A stretch of 62,538 bases of DNA, the filler included, from Sphacelaria rigidula (lineage: Eukaryota): the NCBI GenBank assembly GCA_964200075.2. It is 9 parts of 9 records of this genome, joined end to end, with 100 filler letters (N's around TTAATTAATTAA, not from the genome) between each part and the next. Parts side by side here need not be neighbours in the genome. Positions count along the whole stretch, not along the records: positions 41,761 to 48,620 come from CAXNAA020017721.1; positions 48,721 to 55,579 come from CAXNAA020017722.1; positions 55,680 to 62,538 come from CAXNAA020017723.1; 6 more parts are not named here. The stretch is one strand, 5' to 3'. The translations under genes were made by a program, and so were the position numbers. Under the pieces are notes generated by a model. The model saw nothing but the letters and a program-made list of their open reading frames with translations. It was not told the origin of the DNA and did no database searches. Below are positions 46,801 through 59,800 of the stretch, piece by piece. Position 1 is the stretch's first letter. Each line of letters begins with the position of its first letter.

Positions 46801-49800
46801 AGTATGCGCTGCTTGAGTGGCTCACTGAATATTGGAGGCTAGTTTACCGGCGTTGGGCTACAGATGTTCATGGTTGACACAATTTCACAAGTATCGCTAC
46901 CCCTAACCCTCAGGGCCTGTCTCAGCACTTTAGTTTTCGATCGAAATTGTGCGGTAGAAAGCGATAGGTCGTAATGTCAACCATCGTCGTTGACTTTGAA
47001 GATGGTTGAAATCATGACCTACCAGATCTGGATTTTCGCTTTCCACAGCACAATTTCGATCGAAAACTAATACGCTGGGACAAGTCCTCACCCCAACCCA
47101 ACCCATACCGAGAATCCTCGGCAAGGGGGGTACGTACATTCCCTAGGTAAAGTGCGGCCTTGGTAGACCCCAAATCGGCAGGCGCCGATTTGAACGAAAA
47201 CGCGTTCCGCGCACGCGAGGAGCACACGGGACTGGCAGCCCTACTAGAATTCCGATTCTAGTTGTACACACTTAGATCAAGTAATGATGACCATGAACAT
47301 TAGTAGCCCGACGCAGATAATCTCTACTGTGTGAATATTGTGACACTTTAACGGAAGTCAATGCCAGTGTTTGTCCAAGCTGTGAAGTGTACAGATCGAA
47401 CTTTCCTCTCGCCCAGGGGTTCTCATCCCTGAAATCAACGTTTCTACCGCGTAGGGTTTCTTGTGCGCCTCTTCTAACCTACCATGTTTGCACCGGGTCA
47501 CCACAGCTTTTTGATCGTATGAAGAACTTGGCCTAGAACGATCGTGGGACTATTCGAACCTAGACCTTTTTTTTCAAAATGTCACCAAAAACATGCCACT
47601 CAGTAAGTGAAAATCAGCCAAAAACGATGGTGCGGAAAATCGAACGTAGAGACGAGCTGTTTCCCAAGATTCACAACGATCTCTGAGCCGCTCAGTCGAG
47701 GTTCGCCTGCACTTTTAATGCGTTCCTGCTTTGACAAATACCTCAAATCAGGGCTAATAAAGACACCGCAGTACATCAGTAGAAACCAGTGTGTCATCGT
47801 TCTCCGTTTCACACAGTCCACCCCTTTTCTAGATCATCTACTTGGTGTTCTACCACAAGGTTGTATGCATATATATAAAACACAAGAGGTGGTGGGCAGG
47901 TCTCCATGAAGGGTATATACATCCTGTTTCGTGCGCGTCAAGAGTTAAGTGGTCATTGCTGCGATGATGAAATAATACTGCTTGAACACCAACTAACTGG
48001 ACGGTGATATCAGGCGTTTTGCAGGGGAACATACATCGATCATTTTTGACCCATTGAAAATGTCAAAATGGACTCTCTGCTCCCGTCAGGCCGCTGTCCC
48101 AACCTCGAAACTTCCTCGAAACACGTATTATGGTTGATGCTTGCGCACCTCGCGCCCTCAAAAAGACCGCATTCCTCACCATGGCAGCTCCTGGGCTGTC
48201 AGCCGGCAATACTGTTCTAAGACAAAGCTGATGGGCAAAGTGTCCAGCGATGTATAGCACCAACATTTCCAGACGAACGTTGCGCAAGGTAACAGGGCCC
48301 CTCTCCGTCCGGATAGAATGATAGAATGCGACATATAATTTCTCAGTGTCCATCTGATGTACAAGAACACTACTTTCATATGATAGCATACGCTCGAGGT
48401 GTACCAGCACTTTCCCGAAAGCAGCAAGGCGGCGAAAAAAGAGTCAAAGAGTCAGCAGGAAGTATTATTTTTGTATATCACAGGTATGTTGATGATCAGT
48501 GTGTGTCACTTAGTGCAAAACATCGGTGATCTTTGGCTATCTTGGGGGGCGGGGGAGGGGGGGGGGGGGGGCGCCGTCGAAGGGGGAACGCAGTGAACAG
48601 TGAACAGTGAACATTACTCANNNNNNNNNNNNNNNNNNNNNNNNNNNNNNNNNNNNNNNNNNNNTTAATTAATTAANNNNNNNNNNNNNNNNNNNNNNNN
48701 NNNNNNNNNNNNNNNNNNNNCAATCAGGCCGGAGAAATCGTGAATTTGGTGATTTTGAGTCGTGATGATTTGTCCTAGCCGTGAAATTTTGGGCATGACC
48801 ACGCAGAGCTGAGGAATATATACATGTCAATGGAGTACATGTTGGTATTGTCCATGGTAATGGGCGTTTTTTTTCCGTGCGGAAAGTCACAGCTTCTCTG
48901 GCTAGGAAACCGGCACAAGGTGTGCGTGTGAGAAAAGTATATAGCGTGACGAATGCAACCCGTCGTTCTTTGACCCTGACTTCCGCAGGGAGGCCGTCGC
49001 GGTGTTTGATTGGGCGATGGAGTCAATGGATATCTGGGCGTCTGTCAACATCGAAAGCCGAAATCCCAAGAGCCTTGGACGAGCCTACACGTGCGGCGTA
49101 AGCAACATGGGACGGTATCCGTTCGAAACTCAGGTGCAGTTTCACGAGCTCGAGATGCAATTCGTTGTTTGATCGTCTGCAGTATTGTAATATGTTTCCC
49201 TCACAGCACGCTCGCCACTCTTCTCTGCACACGATTGCAGATCCGTTGCCTTTCAGTAGTGTATTCCCGCAGCTAGTTTCACGGGGACAACCGCAGGAGA
49301 TGGTAGCATCATGTGCACAAGGGTTTGGACTCGGTAGGGCGCAGCCCTTCGATAACTTGACCAAATCTAATCTCACCATCAAGAGCATCTGTATCGGGAC
49401 CGATATGGGGCATTTGTTTGGCGCTCCGGAAAACTGTATTTGGTTCAGGTCAACAGTTGTCGGAGACCACGGTCTCTCTTACCCTGAAACCAACTGATAC
49501 TGTTCGCAGGGTTGACGCTAACGACCTGCTGGGGCATGTGGGGAGATTCGATCCAATATGTATCTTCAGGAGGTGTACTCATATATTTATATACAGGGGA
49601 GGGGGGGGGTCGCAAACTGTGATTTGATCTCGTAGGTCTCGAGCAGACGTGGAAAATACCAAAATTGCGATGAGCGTTGTACTTTCCGAGTACAGCGGCT
49701 AGTACAGTGCAAGTTGGAAGTAAAAAGAAGTATCTTGTTCCAATCCCCTTGTCCGTGAACCATAGGGGCCATACAACAGCACACCTGTCGCTTCATCTTG

Positions 49801-50960
49801 TTTCTTGTGTTGATCAGACCACTTGTTATCGGAAAAAGTCGAGGGAAGAAAACTCTCCGTCCAGCACTTTTTGCTTGGAATTTGCGATTAACAGCTTATG
49901 GGACCTTGAATGACAAGCGAAATTTCATCTTTTTGCTTTTTGCTTGCGGCGAAAGAATGGCTACGGTTCTCGAAAGTGATGTGCATTTTTGATTATTAAA
50001 AGAAAAAAAATGCCAACAATCACGGCTGCATCGGGAGAAGCAGATGGTCGGACCTTCAGGTGGTTTTTTCCCGGTCAAAGCACCCACCATGCCCGCCAGC
50101 GAACGAAACGGCGTCTCTATCGAAAACGCTCTTGCATGAGTCCTGAGGTCCACCGTGTTGCCGACGTTGACACCGTAGCCTCGCTCCAAAAGAGAAGCGT
50201 CAGAATACACACTCACAGCCCGGGTATGAATATGAATTCCGACGCTTCTGTTTTGGAGCGAGGCTACTGTGCCAACGTCGGCAATACCGTGGACCTTAGG
50301 ATTCACGCAAGAGCATGTTCGGTAGAGACGCCGTCTCGTTTGCTGGCGGGCATGGTGGGTGCTTTGGCCGAGAAAAAACTACGTGAAGGTCCGACCATGT
50401 GCTTCTCTCGATGCAGCCGTGCTTGTTGGGGGTATTTCGCTCACCAGTGTAGCTCTGATCGCAGTCTATAGGCGATGCATCAATATCGGCACATCGGCAC
50501 GACACATGAGGCATGGCTTCGGGGACAAGCCTAGTCACAAGCCGCTTAGATGTTTTTTTCTCGATCAAAGCACCCACCATGCCCGCCAGCGAACGAAACG
50601 GCGCCTCTATCGAACACGCTCTCGCGTGAGTCCTGAGGTCCACGGTGTTGCCTACGTTGACACCGTAGCCTCGCTCCGAAAGAGAAGCGTCAGAATACAC
50701 ACTCACAGCCCGGGTGTAAATGCGAATTCCGACGCTTCTGTTTTGGAGCGAGGCTACTGTGCCAACGTCGGCAACACCATGGATCTCAGGACTCATGCAA
50801 GAGCGTGTTCGGTAGAGACGCCGTCTCGTTCGCTGGCGGGCATGGTGGGTGCTTTGGCCGGGGGAAAACCACCTGAAGGTCCGACCATGTGCTTCTCTTG
50901 ATGCAGCCGTGCTTGTTGGAGGTATTTCGCTCACCAGTGTAGCTCTGATCGCAGGCTATC

Positions 50961-52149
50961 TGAGCTGGGCCAGCCTAAAAACGGATTTAAGCTCTACAAG
51001 CAATATGTCATCGACACAGAAGAGTTGGGCCGTGATCCGTATATCGTATTTATCGTCTAACCAAGGAGAAAGTGCCCATCTGCTCAAAAGTTCGGGCCCG
51101 TATTTCCTCGTTGATTAAACCCCATGTCTAGTAATTCCTTCACCTAACGGAGATGGCGTCCATGCTAGAATCTCCATGAAACCCCCGATCGATGTAGTCA
51201 GCGGATGACGACGAATTTTGGTGTGGACATACTCTGAAGCAAGGGGAGACGATAGATCCTCACCTTCACCTAATTCGTCATCTATCCCGAGATATGGCGC
51301 ACATGATTTTCCATACTAGAATCAATATATTACGAGCAGAGGCACTAGATGCCCTAAATCTGGATATCACGTCTCAGTTTTTGAGAATTGTTCCATAAAA
51401 TTTCGTATGGTGAACCGCTAGTGCATAATGAAAGAAATAAGAGCAGCTTTTTACCTTTTTCCATTTGTCTTCATTTTTTTCGTGTTTTCAGTGGAGTTTT
51501 GAGGAGAAATGAACATTGCTCTTGGGCCTTATCTCAATGTTTTAGTTCAATTTTTAGAATTGTGATTTGAAACTTGGCATGGAGAACGATAAAAGTGAGC
51601 CGAATAAAAAAAATGGGTCCTCACTTTTTTTCATTTTTTTCATGGAGATAGGGACGTTCTCGTGAAAAAATGGTCTTTACCGTACTAGAACGCCCTAAAC
51701 CAGTAAAAATATCGTTGAAAAAAACTTGACCCACCAAGTGTTGTCAAGTATGCCTTGAAGAGCGCCTACACAAAATTTCAAAACACGAAAATCAAACGTG
51801 AGCCGGTGAGTGACCTTCGAAATACTCTTCCGAATTTCTACCGATCCGGTTCTTAGAGGTCCATGCTCAGCCCAATATTTAAAGTTGGAGCGTAAAACTT
51901 GGTATGGGCAATGCATAGGGCATGAAAACAAATTACGTCGGTACCATTTTTTTTTTTCATGAGTTGAGGGCAATAATCAGTTTTCAGGTATCAGTAAAAT
52001 GACCTTAACTCACGAAAAAAAAATGATACCGACCTAAACTTGTTTTCATGCCCTATGCATTGTCCATACCAACTTTCACGCTCCAACTTTAAATATTGGG
52101 CTGAGCATGGGCCTACAAGCTTCATCCGCCTCTAGGCTGGCCCAGCTCG
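50961..52149. mobile_element. 1189-bp non-autonomous Tc1/mariner-like element
   Basis: TIRs (C/T)GAGCTGGGCCAGCCTA extend ~36 bp imperfectly. It splits GCAGGCTA-TA-GGCGATGC, which is intact at 52626. Confidence 0.88.
51857..52114. mobile_element. Nested foldback MITE with ~115-bp arms and a ~27-bp loop
   Basis: AGGTCCATGCTCAGCCCAATATTTAAAGTTGGAGCGT... pairs with ...ACGCTCCAACTTTAAATATTGGGCTGAGCATGGGCCT. Confidence 0.92.
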
Positions 52150-53502
52150 TAGGCGATGCATCAATATCGGCACGACACACGAGGCATAGCTTCGGAAACA
52201 AGCCCAGCCACAAGCCGCTCAGATGTTTTTTTCCCGATCAAAGCACCCACCATGCCCGCCAGCGAACGAAACGGCGCCTCTGTCGAACACGCTCTCGCGT
52301 GAGTCCTGAGGTCCACGGTGTTGCCTACGTTGACACCGTAGCCTCGCTCCGAAAGAGAAGCGTCAGAATACACACTCACAGCCCGGGTGTGAATGCGAAT
52401 TCCGACGCTTCTGTTTTGGAGCGAGGCTACTGTGCCAACGTCGGCAACACCATGGACCACAGGACTCACGCAAGAGCGTGTTCGATAGAGGCACCATCTC
52501 GTCCGCTTGCGGGCATGGTGGGTGCTTTGATCGGGAAAAAACTACGTGAAGGTCCGACCATGTGCTTCTCTCGATGCAGCCGTGCTTGTTGGAGATTGTT
52601 TCGCTCACCAGTGTAGCTCTGAGCGCAGGCTATAGGCGATGCATCAATGTCCGCACGACACACGAGGCATGGCTTCGGGGACAAGCCTAGCCACAAGCCG
52701 CTCAGATGTAGAAAAGGCGTGGAAGATTACGTGGAGTGAATAAGTTCTCATGATTTCGGAACCAAATCAACAATGCGATAAATACCTTTGTGCAGCTGTG
52801 GTACAAAACATTCCAAATATCCATCCACAGAATTGAACAGTTCAACACAGATACGACAGTGATTCTCTGTTGTCTTACTGTAGCAGTTTGGGTCCATTTA
52901 TTCAATCACCAACAACATCCTCCCACATGAATCAATATGCGAATAGACGCATCCACGATCAATATATATATATAGTTCGACATAAATGCCGATAGTTGAA
53001 ATCATGACCTCTAACATCGGAATTTTCCTTTTCCACGTAAAACGTTCGATCGAACTGAGACGTGATAGAACGTGTGGTGTTTTTTTTTTTTCTCTTGTCT
53101 GGGTTTGTTGGAACCAGGAGACGACATTTTTGCAAGGTTGTGTTCTGTCGTGTCGCAAGCCACTGCATGTCGGACGGTCCGCGAAAAAAACAGCAGGAAA
53201 ACCGAAATATGCACATCCTGGACAAAAAATTCTAGTGTAAAAAAATGTACTGCGTACAGTATGGAATCTATTGTCTATTGCAATAGGCCCAATAGTCGAT
53301 ACTGTACGCAGTACATTTTTTTACTGTATTCTATTGTCCAGGGTATGGACATCTGTCACAATTTTTCAGAAAATATAGCGGATTTTAAACAGAATTGAGC
53401 ATGATTGGCGCAAATTTCCAATAGGACAGCGCAGACGTGCGATTTCCCCGGGCAAAAAACCTGCACACAGACAGACAGACCTCCTTTCACGTTTGACGTT
53501 TC

Positions 53503-53639
53503 ACGTCAAAAGTCAAGCCAGGCTAGTACTACGGTGGGGGGCGGGGATCACGTAGGGAGCTCTGTTCAAAAGTCAAGTCAAATGAGGGCTCCCCACGCGG
53601 TCCCCTACCGTATTACTAGCCTAGCTTAACTTTCGACGT
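53503..53639. repeat. Small inverted repeat with ~38-bp arms
   Basis: ACGTCAAAAGTCAAGCCAGGCTAGTACTACGGTGGGG vs reverse complement ACGTCGAAAGTTAAGCTAGGCTAGTAATACGGTAGGGG. Confidence 0.85.
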
Positions 53640-55414
53640 ACAAGAAAAGGCGCAGAAAATGAGCAAAAAATGATCAAATGGGGTCAATGTCAAACCGCAT
53701 TTATGTTCCTAAAGGGTTTCAGCTCATAATTATAATTAGCGGCGCGCGGAGAAGAGTATTTGAGTAAAAAAATATTCCTCTTCGATCGAAAACATGCGGT
53801 CCAAAGGCACGAAGCGGCACTTGACTCTTATGTTTCAGACCACCACGCCAGATAACACCTGTGCACAGGATCATGCAAACTCCATCCACCTCATTCTCAG
53901 CTACCACCGCAACACTGCAGCGTAGAGCACGAGTTGAGCCCAGGAATAGATACACTGCAGAAGTCAGGTGTGCTTTGCTTACTTTTGCTGGTGGCGAAAA
54001 TTTGCCATCCTCTGTCATGCTTGAGATCGGCGACGGGACTGCGTCGTACGGTGGGCAACCGAGTTGCGTGCACGCTGATGGACAGTGCAGGCAGTACAAA
54101 GCTGCACGTTGCTGAAGTCCTCTTCACGTCGCATTGTAAGCAGAGAGAACTGATAGTCCTCGGCTGTCTGCACTGCACGTTGTCCGCTTCTCCTTCATCT
54201 TCTCCTGCACGAAGCACCCACACGCGTACTCAAGACACCCTGCTTGCAAGCAGTGCAAACAGTACAGACTGTCTGTACTCTACACGAGTGACCATGTACC
54301 GTTTCACGAATTTCACTGTTTTCTTTTTATCGAAAGCTTGAAAATCCATCTGCACCCAACTGCATCAAAACGAGAACTTTCACTCAGATCGATTCCCCGG
54401 CCCCATTTTTTCGATCGAAAAAAAAGTGCCAAGACAAGCACGTAGGCTACTTGTTACATGTGTATCGAAAAAAACATAATAACTTGTTGAAAAGTGCTTT
54501 TTCGACCCTTCTCCGTCGTTTCTGTCCCGAAAAGAGGGCTCAGCGGATGTTGACACCTCAGACCGTTCCATAGCACCCTTGCGTTTTCCGTAGGTCGCAG
54601 TGTAGTGGGTGAGAGTACCGCGTGCTCAGAGGACCGCACCGTAGCTCGAAACACCTCAGTCTCGACGTTTTCCAAAACCTATCGGGCCAGTCCCTGCAGG
54701 TACCACGATCCTGATCCCAACCCTAACTCCAACCCTAACCCCAACCATAGGGATGTTCAACTTCCGACGCGATCCTCCAAGCACGCGGTCCTCTCACGCA
54801 TTACAACAGTTTCGTTCTTGGCCAAAAATTAGACAGTACAGTTATGGGTTATGGGTAGGAATTGAAGATCTTCGGTGCTATATTCATGGAAAGTGCAAGC
54901 TGAACGCTACATGCGTCAGAAGTGGCCGTTAATTCAACGAGTCATACAGTATCAACGGAAAATACAACCGTCACCTGCAAATAATGAGGGATTGGGTCAT
55001 AGGAAATGAAGTATATTTCTAGTACATTCATTCAAGCCTGGGAGTGGTCGGTGTTGAGGTGATTATGTTCCTCCGGAAAGCTCGCTCCACATCAGTAGAT
55101 GGACAATCTTGTTGCGCTAGCGAGTGTCCTGCCTCTGTCTGTACCATTCGGGAAGCACACGCTCCCGAGCTGCCACCCCACGTTTACCGTCATTGCGAAG
55201 ATAACAAGACAAGAGCACGAACAGCAGCTGCTGTTGTGGCCGCTACACACCAACTTAACTGCAATGAATGGGCATGGCGAGTATCCTATGAAGTGTTGAA
55301 CTACAGAGGTAGAGTTGACAGAAGAAAGACAAAGCTGGCGGCTGCTTCATGTCAGGGCTCCAGTGCAGGAAGGTCCTCTAGATCTTGTGTGTATGCGGGG
55401 GGCTGTCAAGTGCC

Positions 55415-55569
55415 GTGGACCGTCCGCACGAGAAGAAGCAGCAGCAGCAGCAGCAGCAGTATCAGCAGCATATTTGTTGCCAGTAAATGTACGTGGCTGG
55501 CGGTGGGTCTGAATCAACTGGCGGCGATGCTGCTGCTGCTGCTGCTGCTCTTGATAGTAGAAGGTCCGC
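55415..55569 (+). repeat. Imperfect hairpin with (CAG)n/(CTG)n arms
   Basis: GTGGACC..(CAG)n..TTGTTGCCAGT pairs with ACTGGCGGCGA(TGC)n..GGTCCGC. Confidence 0.7.
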
Positions 55570-56187
55570 GTTTCGACCGNNNNNNNNNNNNNNNNNNNNN
55601 NNNNNNNNNNNNNNNNNNNNNNNTTAATTAATTAANNNNNNNNNNNNNNNNNNNNNNNNNNNNNNNNNNNNNNNNNNNNAAAGGGGTGGGGGGTCAAAAG
55701 CCCCACGAAAAAGGCAAACAACAAATGAGTCCCCCCCCCCCCCCCCCCCCCCCGTTTTTATTTATTCTTCTTCATGAGTCATTGGCGACGGAAATTTTCA
55801 GAACAATTGTTTTCAGAATAAAATCGCCAATAACTCACGAATAAAATAAAAGAAAAAGAAAAACAGGGGGGGGGGGGTGGATTTCGGGGGTCTCTGCATG
55901 TACCTGCTGTACATCATGTTGAATTTTAATCGAAAACGACTTGAAATTGAGCACAAGACTCGCATGTCAACAATCCTGTTCGCATCTTGGGCGGCCTAGC
56001 CTGTAGTATTCTCCAAGAAACTCGAGTCAATGAATGGATTCGGATGCCCGTTTTTTTGGGGTGCTCACAATCCAGCAAATCATGCAGACTCGATCTCGCG
56101 CAAAGGTAATTTCACACCTCCTGACCCTTGTGCTACAACGTTCGCTTGTTCTCTGCTGTGACCCCCCCCTCCTCACATCGTAGCACG

Positions 56188-56816
56188 GCGAGACACTCAT
56201 GAGGCAGTGCAAAAGCCATAGCTGTCTCTCGGCAGTAGACCTGAAGCTTTGGTCGTATATATGCGGTTGACAGCATGACGACTTGATTTTGGAATTGTTC
56301 TGAGAAAATGTATGGCTGTGGCAGGTGAGCAGGGGACCCAGCTCATCCAGAACGTGTTTTGGTCGAAATCGGCGCCTGCGGCGTCGATTTGAGGTCTGTC
56401 AACGCACACTTCGCCTAGGAGAAGCTATGCACACCCCTTGCCCTAGGGTCTCGTACGCCTTGGGTCGGGGTTAGGATTAGGGTATAAACGCTATGGTTAG
56501 TTTGTTCGAAATAATCAACCATAGATGTACGACCAAAATTTAGGTCGCCTCGTCTCTGGACGTGTCAACAGCAGAAAATGAAGCAACTCATCGGGGGCCG
56601 TAATCCAAATGCAAGGTAATCAGTACGCTTCCGACGGAACATCTTAGCAGGATGCAGCTTATTCGTCATGCGACCGAACATATCACGGCGCTTGGCGCAT
56701 TGTGATTGATTGCGAGCCTGGTCCGGCGAAAACCCGGCGTGCCCCGTCCCGGCTTTGTAGGGATGCGAGGTCGATGGTCTCATGACTAAAGCACGCAAGA
56801 TCACCAGTACACCCCC
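56188..56816 (+). repeat. Dispersed repeat family A, copy 4, split by an insertion
   Basis: 5' part at 56188-56230; resumes at ~56550 with GTCTCTGGA...CAGAAAATGAAGCAACTC. Confidence 0.88.
56231..56549. mobile_element. 319-bp TIR MITE (possibly Mutator-like) carrying a telomere-like tract
   Basis: GACCTGAAGCTTTGGTCGTATATATGCGGTTGA vs reverse complement GACCTAAATTTTGGTCGTACATCTATGGTTGA; GTCTCT duplicated in both flanks. Confidence 0.8.
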
Positions 56817-59800
56817 GATCGTAGCATGACTTATACATTCATGTATGGCAACATTCCCGCCGCGTCCCGGTGGTCCAACTTGATTCGTCGCTTTCCCCCC
56901 AAGTAATGGTTGAACGAGGTAGTGTCCTCGTCTGTTCACCTACGGAATGTCTATCCTTTGGCGGAGGAGCTGAATTTCTTGCGAGACGGCTTGGGCGAGA
57001 CAATCAGTCAAGAAGTCGACTGAACCAATCGACAATTTCCGCCTCCATGTTTTTGCTGATTTTCAATTTTCTGTGGCGGACACGGTCGGTCGCCATGGAC
57101 GGACATGCCAACACGAACGCATGCACAGCTGAGGGTCAAGGATCTCATTCTCCCGCCAGGGATCAGGCTCTTCCGAGGGGATGAACCGGTGCGTTTTCTT
57201 TAGCTTCCTTTCCTTCCCCCCCCCCCTCCTCCCCAACCTCTATTTTTGTGTCGTCTCGAAGAAAGGAGAACGGTAACGGCCACACAGCGGCGTGTTTTTC
57301 GTGTGTGTGCTTGTGCTTGTGCTTGTGCTTGTGCTGCTTTGAATGTTGAAGTGTTTTTTTTCTGTGTTGTTGCTGCTATCGTCTCCGTGTCCTCCGATTC
57401 TCCCAGAATACGGAGGCAACCCCGAGGTTTGAGAAAAAGCTTCGAAGCTGTTTTCCCCACGTCTGGCATCCGTCTGTATTTTTTCCTGCCCCCGCCTTAG
57501 AGAGTTCGTGGACTAAGGTCCCATTTCATTTTTTTTTTTTTATCTTACATTTTCGACGTATTTGGAGCACAGTTTTGGTAGGGGTAGGTGGACGCGCACT
57601 ACATGGGCATGTTTGATGACTTTTGCTGCAGGAGTATTGCTAACAAACGGCGTTTCGAGCAAAAAGCGTGCAGCAGGCTGTGTGCTTCCATCTTATGGGC
57701 TGTGTGCTGTCGTCCTATCACGTGAATACGGCTAGATGTAGTGAGACGGAAGTATGCTGCTGCCGGGCTCAGCCTGGGCACGAATATACCACTACGTGCC
57801 CTATATACGTATGGAAGACTTTTCATAAGGAGGCGTTGTCTCTACATCAGAAGCTGGTCCATTTGTATACGTTGCCCAACAGAGGGATGCTGACGTGGAG
57901 TAGGTCGAGGCCCTTTTAAATTTGCGATGTTTTCTATTATTTGCCTTCCGTCCAAACACGAACGAACGCATGTGGATACAAGGTACACATCGCTGCCTGT
58001 CTTCCCGCCCCTTTACTTTATCTTTGAACTTCTCTTGTATTTTTTTCGCCCTCCTGTTTCGTTGAACTGTATCTTATGCTCGACTGCTGCGCTTCGATGC
58101 TGATTTGTGTTGTGTCCAGATTTGGGATGAGGTCATCTGCTCCGTCAAGGGAAAGAAGTATGTTGGAGACTCGGAACAGGACGAGGAGGACAGCTCCGAC
58201 TTTTAATCTTGTCTGTGTTTTTCTTGTCTTTTCCATCAACAGTGATGATGCCAAGACTAGTGCCCGCGAAATCACAGCAGAGTTATTTTGTTACCACGGA
58301 AAGGAAGTTTATAATGGATGGGTTATCATACATCATCACTAATCTCGTATCCATTTTTACGTTGCATTCCTACCCCGCGTTCCTTCTCCGTCGTCTGCGA
58401 CAATTGGAAACGGTTTCGGTGTTGTGACGACGCTGGAAATCTCAGAACATTCCTGCCCTCTTTTTTCCCGTCAAATTAGTGGCAATATGATGAAATCGTG
58501 ATATTTCGTGCTTGTCTCATGGAGGTGGTGCTAGGTTTGGTGCCTCATCCTCCATTGAAGTACTTGCTATGGAGCAAGGAAAAATAGTTCCAAAAGTGAC
58601 TCGACAGATGATGCAAGTTCATCGTCTACTGTTGTGGTGCGACGAGATGGTGCACACGCCGGATTATGGCAGTATTACTTGTCAAGAAGCGTACTGCGTG
58701 CAGTAAGACTAATGCGTCTATTGCACTAGACATAATATTCCACACTGTACGCCGTGCATGTTTTTTCGATATAATCCATTGTCGTTCTTCAGGGTGTGAA
58801 ATGGTGTGGCCGCGTGGGACTCTAGTCCCTGTTCTCGTTTTTTTGCCCTCTCTCTCTCTTGAGCATCATCGGTCCGTTTCTGTTATTTTGTTGTGTGTGC
58901 ATCTGGTGTGTCCTTCGGTTGGCGTGTACGACCCCCCTCTCCATTATGTTTCCTCTCTCCCGGTGGGAACATGTGTACTAGCACATATGGATGAACGGCT
59001 TGCCCTTAGCTTTTACGTGGACGTTTGAAACAAAAAAAGGGGGAAGAAGAGAGAAACTTGATGGATGATGATTGTAGTTGAGATACCTGAAGAATGTTAT
59101 ACTGTATACTCTCCGTCTGAAGGAACGCAAAATGACCTGATCTAGTAGATGGGATACTTTCCCCCAAGGTGTGTTGTAGCCCCTTGGTTGAAGGAGTGTG
59201 CGATGGATACGCGTGGACGTTCGAGGCCGTTTTGCTTTCATCACCTACGACCGATGCACCAGTAGCTGTGCACGAGTGTGTTGGGATTGTCCTTTGTGTC
59301 TAGTACTTGGAGTAATTGGGTTTGTCGTGTTGCGCTTTCCGGGGGAATGGCGGAAGAGGGTGATCAAGATAACATTTGGGACCCCTGTGTCTTGCAGAAG
59401 TTGTTCCTATTCGCATATTGTTGGGTGTGTTTTCTCCAGTGTAAAAACGGAGCTAACTGGCATCACGTCGATGTTTGTCGTGTTTTCTGTGTTAGGTGGT
59501 GTCTGCCTCGGCCAGTCGCAGAACAAGCATGAGTTAGCGTTGTGCGGTTAATACGGGAGGGGTTTCACACGTATCAATCGTATACGGCGAGTGGCACGCA
59601 CAAACTAGCAGCAGCAGCAGCAGCAATGGTGGGGTTTTTGTGTTGGCGTACAGCCAGCCGCTGCAGTGAGCCCATGAGTAAAGTCAAATCTGGCCATGAA
59701 ACACAGTGATCAACCGTATTTGTCTGAGCGAACAGCGAGTTTGTTTCCCGTCATGATTAAAGTTCAACGTCTCTTGACACTACGAGATGAAGCCTGAACT

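Larger units (their letters stand above)
50013..52708. repeat. Tandem array of three long palindromic units, interrupted by a TIR element
   Basis: Axes CCC|GGG at 50219-50224, 50709-50714 and 52382-52387; arms ~210 bp (unit 1) and ~160 bp (units 2 and 3); ~115-bp conserved spacer. Confidence 0.97.
6861..55679. other. Eight artificial 100-bp contig linkers (6861-6960, 13821-13920, 20781-20880, 27741-27840, 34701-34800, 41661-41760, 48621-48720, 55580-55679)
   Basis: Identical N44-TTAATTAATTAA-N44 spacer (stops in all six frames). The segments between them are 6860 bp x7, then 6859 bp x2. Confidence 0.99.

Noticed and set aside
49896-52696. Several 130-210 aa ORFs on both strands in the palindrome array; faint resemblance to EsV-1-7 repeats
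   Set aside because: The ORFs mirror each other because of the palindrome, and the Cys/His spacing does not fit.
6861-55679. Regularly spaced TTAATTAATTAA repeats every ~6.96 kb
   Set aside because: Assembly linkers embedded in Ns; not biological and not an array.
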